A stretch of DNA of 32,000 bases, taken from contig NZ_SODD01000008.1 of NCBI RefSeq assembly GCF_004365815.1, forward strand, positions 35,177-67,176, read 5' to 3'. Source of the stretch: Breznakia blatticola (GTDB lineage: Bacteria > Bacillota_I > Bacilli_A > Erysipelotrichales > Erysipelotrichaceae). Every line of letters starts with the position of its first letter. The first letter of the stretch is position 1. Positions 25,974 to 32,000 of this stretch are shown one piece after another. The notes under the pieces are model-generated. The model was not told the DNA's origin. It ran no database searches and was given only the letters and a program-made list of their open reading frames with translations. Both the position numbers and the translations under genes were made by a program.

Positions 25974-26540
25974 ATGCCAAGTTGTTTAATTGTATCGAGT
26001 TTGGATAAAAGTTTAGATGCACTGACTAAACTTTTATCAAGTATCGATTTAAAGAAAATAGAATGTGTAAAAAGTGCAACAGAAGCAAGACAGGTTCTGG
26101 CAAAACAAGCATTTGATATGGTGTTGATTAATGCTCCATTATCAGATGAATTCGGACATGAATTGACATTACAAATTACCGAAAACTCTACAAGTGGTGT
26201 CCTTTTTCTGGTGAAAAATGAACTGGTTGATGAACTGAGTAGCAAACTAACAAGACATGGCGTGATGGTTATTGGAAAACCGTTGAATCGTCATATGTTT
26301 ACACAAGCGGTTCGTATGGGATTATCCACACATCAACGCTTGTCACAAGCAGAAAAAGAAAATTTGCGATTACATGCCAAAGTGGAAAATTTAGAATTGA
26401 TCAGTCGTGCAAAATACACACTGATGGAGTATTTAAATATGGGAGAAGCGCAAGCACATCGTTATATAGAAAAGAAAGCGATGGATGCTAGAATTTCCAA
26501 AGAAGAAGTTGCGAAAGATATATTAAAAACATATGGTTAG
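25974..26540 (+). CDS. ANTAR-domain RNA-binding antiterminator with an AmiR-like pseudo-receiver domain
   Basis: 188 aa. The C-terminal ANTAR pattern is [43 protein letters not shown]. The N-terminal receiver-like fold lacks the acidic residues. Confidence 0.85.
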   Translation: MPSCLIVSSLDKSLDALTKLLSSIDLKKIECVKSATEARQVLAKQAFDMVLINAPLSDEFGHELTLQITENSTSGVLFLVKNELVDELSSKLTRHGVMVIGKPLNRHMFTQAVRMGLSTHQRLSQAEKENLRLHAKVENLELISRAKYTLMEYLNMGEAQAHRYIEKKAMDARISKEEVAKDILKTYG

Positions 26541-26551
26541 AAGGAGTTAAG

Positions 26552-28159
26552 ATGAGAAAATACATATTTGTTACCGGTGGAGTAGTAAGTGGATTAGGTA
26601 AAGGGATAACCGCAGCAAGTTTAGGACGTATGTTGAAAGAACGTGGGTTGAAAGTCATCGCACAAAAGATGGATCCATATATCAATGTGGATTGTGGAAC
26701 CATGTCACCATACCAACATGGGGAAGTGTTTGTTACCGATGATGGTGCTGAAACCGATTTGGATTTAGGACACTATGAACGTTTTATCGATGAAGATCTG
26801 AATCGATTTTCGAATCTAACAAGTGGAAAAGTGTATTGGAATGTATTAAACAAAGAACGTAAAGGTGAATACTTAGGAGATACAGTTCAAGTTATTCCAC
26901 ATATTACACAAGAAATTAAAGATTTTATTTATGCTGTAGGTGATGAAGATGAAGCGGATATTGTCATCTCGGAAATTGGAGGAACAACGGGAGATATTGA
27001 ATCGCAACCATTTTTAGAAGCAATTCGTCAAGTCGGTTTAGAAGTTGGACGTGAAAACGTATTATTTATTCACGTTACACTTGTGCCTTACATTAAAAGT
27101 AGTGGGGAACACAAAAGTAAACCAACCCAACACAGTGTAAAACAACTGCAAAGTTTAGGTATCTCACCAGATATCATCGTTTGTCGTGCAGATGAAGATT
27201 TAGAACCAAGCATCTTACAAAAGATTTCACTGTTCTGTAATGTAAAGCAAGATTGTGTAATTCAAAATAAAACATTACCTGTGTTATATGAAGCACCATT
27301 AATGCTTGAAGAGGCAAACTTCTCGGATATTGTTTGTCGTGAATTGCATTTAAAGACAAAGAAACCTGATGTAAGTGAATGGAAAAATCTAGTCGAACGT
27401 ATTAAACACGTAAATAAAGAAGTACATATCGCTTTAGTTGGTAAATATGTAAAACTACATGATGCCTATTTATCTGTTGTTGAAGCATTAAAACATGGTG
27501 GATATGAAAATGATGCGGATGTAAAAATTACATGGGTAGACAGTGAAGCACTAACGGATGAAAACTGCTCGAAATATTTCGAAGGTATGGATGGAATTAT
27601 CTTACCTGGTGGCTTTGGTGGCCGTGGAATTGAAGGAATGATTGCAGCATGTCACTATGCACGTGTGAATAATATTCCATATTTTGGTATTTGTTTAGGA
27701 ATGCAAATTGCATCCATTGAGTTTGCACGTTATGGATTAGGCTTGAGGGATGCAAATTCAAGTGAGTTTACACCTGCAGGTGCAAACAATGTAATTGACT
27801 TGATGGAAAGTCAAGTTGATGTGACTTCTAAAGGAGGAACGATGCGTTTAGGTGCATATCCTTGTCATATTCAAGCAAATAGTATTTTACATAAAGCATA
27901 CCAAAATGATGATATTAGTGAACGTCACCGTCATCGCTATGAGTTTAATAATGCATATCGTGAACGATTCCAGGAAAATGGAATGCATATTACTGGGACA
28001 AGTCCTGACAATATGCTAGTGGAAGCGGTAGAGTTTAGTGATAATAAATTCCATATCGGTGTACAATATCACCCTGAATTTAAATCACGTCCAAATAAAG
28101 CACACCCGCTGTTCCGTGAGTTCATAAAAGTTGCAGTAGTAAACAAGCATTTAGTATAA
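26552..28159 (+). CDS. pyrG: CTP synthase (glutamine-hydrolysing)
   Basis: 535 aa. [19 protein letters not shown], and the GATase triad region GICLGMQ...HRHRYE. Confidence 0.95.
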   Translation: MRKYIFVTGGVVSGLGKGITAASLGRMLKERGLKVIAQKMDPYINVDCGTMSPYQHGEVFVTDDGAETDLDLGHYERFIDEDLNRFSNLTSGKVYWNVLNKERKGEYLGDTVQVIPHITQEIKDFIYAVGDEDEADIVISEIGGTTGDIESQPFLEAIRQVGLEVGRENVLFIHVTLVPYIKSSGEHKSKPTQHSVKQLQSLGISPDIIVCRADEDLEPSILQKISLFCNVKQDCVIQNKTLPVLYEAPLMLEEANFSDIVCRELHLKTKKPDVSEWKNLVERIKHVNKEVHIALVGKYVKLHDAYLSVVEALKHGGYENDADVKITWVDSEALTDENCSKYFEGMDGIILPGGFGGRGIEGMIAACHYARVNNIPYFGICLGMQIASIEFARYGLGLRDANSSEFTPAGANNVIDLMESQVDVTSKGGTMRLGAYPCHIQANSILHKAYQNDDISERHRHRYEFNNAYRERFQENGMHITGTSPDNMLVEAVEFSDNKFHIGVQYHPEFKSRPNKAHPLFREFIKVAVVNKHLV

Positions 28160-28314
28160 GCAAAAGATTCATAAAATATTCTTATTTAAAATGGATGAAA
28201 CGCATGTAGTTCGTGTGTATTTGTCCATTTTTTATTGTTGAGCGTTAACGTTTCTTCTATATACGCATAATTTCACATGTGATATATTAATTGTGTGTTA
28301 GAGGGGATTACATT

Positions 28315-30969
28315 ATGAATCAATTTGAAAACATCTTAGAATTTAGAGGGACATGGAGGTTATATCAAAAACGAGTGTTGAATAATTTTGATCAACATGC
28401 TACAGACAAGAAAATACATATTGTTGCTGCTCCTGGATCAGGAAAAACAACTGTTGGTATAGAAATGATAAAGAGATTAGGTCAAAACTGTCTAATCTTA
28501 ACTCCTAGTATCACTATCAGAGAACAATGGCTTGCTAGAGTGGAAGATGTTTTTTTATGTAACAAAAATGATGCGAAAGATTATTTATCTAATACTCTTT
28601 CATCATATAAACCAATTACGGCAATTACATATCAAGCAATGCATAGTATATATGCAAAAGAAACAAGTGAAGAGAATATAAAAGATATTGAGATTGTTAA
28701 TTTGTTGAATGAACACAATGTAAAAGTCATCTGTCTAGATGAAGCACACCATATGCGTAATGAATGGGTAAAAGCACTTGAACAAATTATTTCGAAGCTT
28801 GAAGATGTTCAACTTATATCATTAACCGCAACACCACCATATGATGCGAATTTTAATGAATGGAAACGATATATCGATTTGTGTGGACCAATTGATGAAG
28901 AAATATTTACACCTGAGTTAGTAAAGGAAGAGAGTTTATGCCCACATCAAGATTATGTGTACTTTAACTGGCCAACAAAAGAAGAAAGAGCAGCAATTGA
29001 AAAACATAATAAACAAGTTTTACTGGCTAAAGAAGAACTGATGAACTCACCTGCGTTATTTGAACTTGTAAAAACACATCCTGCATTGACAAACCCACAA
29101 GATTGTTTGGATTCGTTGCTTGAAAATCCCGCATATTTATATGCTTTGATTTTGTATATGGAAGAAAAGAAGATTGTATATCCTAGTATGTTAAGTCAAG
29201 CGTTATCAGTGAAAAAAAGAAAACTGCCTACAGTATCCATCAAATATTTAGAGATACTTATGCAGGGTATCCTATTTCACGATTTATCAAGTTTTAATGC
29301 AAACGATAACAAGGTTGAAACGTTGCGAGCAATTTTAAAAAAGTATGGATGCATATATCGGAATGAAGTACGAATGCTGACAAATGAGAACATTAATAAA
29401 TCGTTAATTAATAGTAAAGGAAAACTTGAAAGTATAAAGAAAATCGCATTAGCTGAATATCATAATTTAGGTGAGCAACTTCGTATGTTGATTCTCTGTG
29501 ATTTTATTAAAAAAGAATCTTTAGAATTGATTGGTAGTGGAACCATGAATCAAAGCATTGGGACGGTACCTGTTTTCGAAGCGTTACGCACACAAAACAC
29601 ACAGATGAAACTATCGATTCTTAGTGGTAGTATCATTGTTTTACCCAAAACTACAGCAGTTTCTATTTGTAAGGCTCTTATAGATATGGGATATGAAGCA
29701 CATATGATACAGTTAAACGTAGATGAATATGTTCGAATCAATAGCAATGCGGATAACGGGGTGTTGGTCAAATGTGTAACTGATGCATTTGAACAAGGAG
29801 AAATTCAGATTTTGATTGGTACTAAGGCACTACTTGGAGAAGGTTGGGACTCACCTTGTATTAATTCTTTAATTTTGGCTTCATTTGTTGGTTCATATGT
29901 TTCTAGTAATCAAATGCGAGGACGCGCAATTCGAAAAGATTCAATGCATCCAGATAAAGTAAGTAATATTTGGCATTTGGTGTGCATAGAACCGAAATCG
30001 AGTATACATGATATTTTTTATGATCCTTACACCTCATATGATTTGCAAATGTTAAAACGACGCTTTGCGACGTTTTTAGGTGTTCACTATACCAAACCAC
30101 TTATTGAAAGTGGTTTTACAAGGTTGAGTTACATTCAGGAGTATGGGAAAGATTTGAATAAAAACACAATCACAAAAATAAATAATCAAATGTTAGATGC
30201 ATCAACAAAACGCGAAGAATTACGAGATCGTTGGAATGAAGCGTTGGTTTGTATTAGTGAGCAAAATCCTGTTGAAGATGTTTTAGAACTTGAAGTAGAG
30301 ATGTTAAAAAAGAATTATGTATTTGCAAACCATTGGCTATTCATTGTATGTACAATCATTTCTTCATTTGTAATGCAGTTTGTACGAGGAGTATCTTTAA
30401 AATTAGAGCAAAATGTATTTGGAGTCATTGGTTTATTTGTCATCTTTGTTTTTCTTATTTTTGTGTTGGATATCGGATTATCGAAACTTTTAGCGTATAT
30501 TACACCACAACACACAGTAAAAAAAGTAGGACAAGTAATACTTGCTACACTAGAAGATTTGAATATAGTTAGTCATGAAAGTAAATATGTACGAATCAAA
30601 GACGTAAAAGGAACAGGAGTGATGTTAGTATATCTAGAAGGTGGAAATGCAAAAGATAAGCATTTGTTTTCTACATGTATGGAGGAGTATTTTTCCAGTA
30701 TTGATAATCAAAGATATATTATTGTACGCAAAGGCTTTAAAAATGCATTAAATAAGTATTTTGCAGTTCCTGAGATTTTTGCGAAACGGAAGCAAGACGC
30801 ACAAATATTTACATCACATATAAAACGCGTTCTTGGTCTATGTGAGTTAGTCTATACAAGAAATGCAGAAGGGCGAAAAATGTTATTAAAGGCACGTGGA
30901 AAATGTTTCGGGTTTCGAAATGAAAAAATGGTTGACTCTAAACGTAAAGTTCTTGGTAAGTATGAGTAA
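28315..30969 (+). CDS. SF2 (DEAH) helicase-family protein with a C-terminal two-helix membrane hairpin and an extra C-terminal domain
   Basis: The ATG at 28315 lies 7 nt after a GAGGGGA RBS. Motif I AAPGSGKT, Ia LILTPSITIREQW, II DEAH, III SLTATP, V/VI LLGEGWD...QMRGRAIR. It then has TM helices WLFIVCTIISSFVMQFV and VFGVIGLFVIFVFLIFVLDIGL, followed by about 165 aa. Confidence 0.8.
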   Translation: MNQFENILEFRGTWRLYQKRVLNNFDQHATDKKIHIVAAPGSGKTTVGIEMIKRLGQNCLILTPSITIREQWLARVEDVFLCNKNDAKDYLSNTLSSYKPITAITYQAMHSIYAKETSEENIKDIEIVNLLNEHNVKVICLDEAHHMRNEWVKALEQIISKLEDVQLISLTATPPYDANFNEWKRYIDLCGPIDEEIFTPELVKEESLCPHQDYVYFNWPTKEERAAIEKHNKQVLLAKEELMNSPALFELVKTHPALTNPQDCLDSLLENPAYLYALILYMEEKKIVYPSMLSQALSVKKRKLPTVSIKYLEILMQGILFHDLSSFNANDNKVETLRAILKKYGCIYRNEVRMLTNENINKSLINSKGKLESIKKIALAEYHNLGEQLRMLILCDFIKKESLELIGSGTMNQSIGTVPVFEALRTQNTQMKLSILSGSIIVLPKTTAVSICKALIDMGYEAHMIQLNVDEYVRINSNADNGVLVKCVTDAFEQGEIQILIGTKALLGEGWDSPCINSLILASFVGSYVSSNQMRGRAIRKDSMHPDKVSNIWHLVCIEPKSSIHDIFYDPYTSYDLQMLKRRFATFLGVHYTKPLIESGFTRLSYIQEYGKDLNKNTITKINNQMLDASTKREELRDRWNEALVCISEQNPVEDVLELEVEMLKKNYVFANHWLFIVCTIISSFVMQFVRGVSLKLEQNVFGVIGLFVIFVFLIFVLDIGLSKLLAYITPQHTVKKVGQVILATLEDLNIVSHESKYVRIKDVKGTGVMLVYLEGGNAKDKHLFSTCMEEYFSSIDNQRYIIVRKGFKNALNKYFAVPEIFAKRKQDAQIFTSHIKRVLGLCELVYTRNAEGRKMLLKARGKCFGFRNEKMVDSKRKVLGKYE

Positions 30970-31119
30970 TGTATATGCTTAAAGTAATTACATAAATCGA
31001 TTTATGGTATAATTGCAAAGAACAATTTGCCAAAAAAGTGGTTTTATTATGAAATTAGGTAAATGCGTTTACAATTCGTGCGTTTTGCATATAATGAAGT
31101 GTAGAAAAGTGAGGGAAAC

Positions 31120-31959
31120 ATGGCAAGAAAAGAAAAGGTTAAAAAAGAGAAAAAGAAAGTTGGACCTGTACGTCGACTGATCGAAACGCTGTTGTTGATT
31201 GTGGCAATATGTGTGTTTATCTATGCAGGTTTCAATTTATATAAAATTTATTCGCAAAACTGGGAAGAAAGTAAAGAAACCGAAAAACTACAAGAGATTA
31301 TTAATGTGCCAAAAGATGAGAAAAAGCTGGATACATTTGAACCTGATTTTGCAGGAATAAGAGAAATAAATCCTGATATTGTTGGATGGATTGTCGTGTT
31401 AGATACAGATATTTCATATCCAGTCGTAAAAGGACAAGATAATGAATATTACTTAACACATACGGCATATCATACAAATAACTATGCAGGAGCAATCTTC
31501 ATGGATTATCGTCAAAATCCAGATTTATCTGCAAAAAATACGTTTATTTATGGACATAATGTGCATCATGGAACGATGTTTGCTGAATTAGCTAATTACA
31601 TGGATCAGTCATTTTTAAATGAACACCGCTATTTCTATTACTATACGCCTGAGGCAAACTATAAACTTGAAGTATATAGCGCATATGTAGATAAGGGGAC
31701 TTCAGATAGTTATACATTAAGTTATGCAGATGATAATGCATATCAAAATTATTTGAATTATGTAAAATCATTAAGCCGTGTACAAACAGATGTGGAAATG
31801 AGTGCAGATGACCATATGATTACATTATATACATGTTCATACGAGTCAGGACAAAACCCATCAAATACAAATACATCAGATATTGAAGATCGTTACTTTA
31901 TTCATGGTAAAATCATCAAAGCCTTAAAAGGTGATTTACCAAAGACTAACGAAATATAG
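31120..31959 (+). CDS. srtB: Class B sortase
   Basis: 279 aa with an N-terminal TM anchor. NPDIVGWI...DISYPVV, FIYGHN and the catalytic LYTCSY (TLxTC-type) fit the SrtB-like pattern. Confidence 0.8.
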   Translation: MARKEKVKKEKKKVGPVRRLIETLLLIVAICVFIYAGFNLYKIYSQNWEESKETEKLQEIINVPKDEKKLDTFEPDFAGIREINPDIVGWIVVLDTDISYPVVKGQDNEYYLTHTAYHTNNYAGAIFMDYRQNPDLSAKNTFIYGHNVHHGTMFAELANYMDQSFLNEHRYFYYYTPEANYKLEVYSAYVDKGTSDSYTLSYADDNAYQNYLNYVKSLSRVQTDVEMSADDHMITLYTCSYESGQNPSNTNTSDIEDRYFIHGKIIKALKGDLPKTNEI

Positions 31960-31967
31960 TAAAAATT

Positions 31968-31994
31968 ACCAGGAGTAAAAGCTTCTGGTTTTTT
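31968..31994 (+). terminator. Intrinsic terminator after srtB
   Basis: ACCAGGAG-taaaag-CTTCTGGT followed by TTTTT. Confidence 0.7.
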
Positions 31995-32000
31995 CTTGTC

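Noticed and set aside
25949-26245. 98-aa antisense ORF over the GS-like/ANTAR junction. It also prompted the idea of an antisense RNA like the one reported for the clostridial glnA.
   Set aside because: The ORF has no RBS and looks like a shadow frame. I see no convincing minus-strand promoter in this stretch, so an antisense RNA cannot be supported from sequence alone.
1646-28314. N-terminal extensions in the ORF track that start at TTG or GTG: 1646, 6677, 15535, 18387, 18575, 20400, 21336, 24683, 28291.
   Set aside because: In each case except the hydrolase ORF (track start 18387), an internal ATG 20-80 nt downstream has a properly spaced AGGAGG-like RBS, and some also have a signal or lipobox N-terminus. 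For the hydrolase ORF, the ATG at 18246 has no SD and was chosen because the TTG extension overlies the T-box promoter. The extensions overlap promoters, leaders or terminators.
407-30515. Many 60-155 aa ORFs in the six-frame track lie antisense to, or out of frame within, larger genes. Examples: 407-595, 605-814, 2536-2895, 2980-3426, 3993-4202, 4702-5076, 7977-8444, 9770-10096, 13796-14041, 16640-16882, 19333-19596, 22271-22573, 23774-24243, 29550-29771, 30315-30572.
   Set aside because: Each is fully embedded in a longer ORF that has clear family motifs. They lack an RBS, and their low-complexity, Leu/Ile/Phe/Ser-rich translations are typical of AT-rich shadow frames.
1-32000. Search for CRISPR arrays, IS elements or transposase genes, integrases, prophage genes, long inverted or direct repeats, and rRNA.
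   Set aside because: None was seen. The only repeats are the short regulatory-scale ones reported above.

Overview
The window looks like a low-GC Firmicutes-type chromosome (AGGAGG-type ribosome-binding sites, TGnTATAAT promoters, T-box control). No phage, transposon, integrase or CRISPR signal is visible. About 30 real genes are supported.

Supported genes, in order:
- a partial Cof-type HAD hydrolase, a SAM-dependent methyltransferase, a lipoprotein, a GNAT acetyltransferase, an aldo/keto reductase and a nitroreductase
- a long U32 peptidase
- an ankyrin-repeat protein followed by an EF-G2-type GTPase
- tRNA-His
- a LytTR regulator with a LiaF-like membrane partner
- pncA-pncB (NAD salvage)
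- TetR divergent from oleate hydratase
- an alpha/beta hydrolase
- metNIQ under a Met T-box
- type III glutamine synthetase (glnN)
- a GS-I-like gene, an ANTAR gene and pyrG
- a membrane-anchored SF2 helicase
- sortase B

Most interesting, 22.1-28.2 kb: glnN has a strong intrinsic terminator in its leader. It faces an operon whose first gene is a type-I GS homologue with most catalytic and metal-ligand residues substituted, so it is a predicted pseudoenzyme. The second gene is an AmiR-like ANTAR antiterminator whose receiver domain lacks the phospho-acceptor Asp. I read this as a candidate GS-like sensor plus phospho-independent ANTAR attenuation system controlling the real GS. This is inference and has not been demonstrated.

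Second, the gene-free gap at 11.8-12.27 kb carries two promoter-to-terminator units that look like a pair of small RNAs. One displays repeated UAGGAAG/AGGGAAG (SD/GGA-like) motifs in hairpin loops. The other displays the complementary CU-rich tract in a large loop.

Third, a 21-codon sORF bracketed by two terminators lies directly upstream of the ankyrin/EF-G2 pair.

All function calls rest on recalled family motifs. No searches were run.
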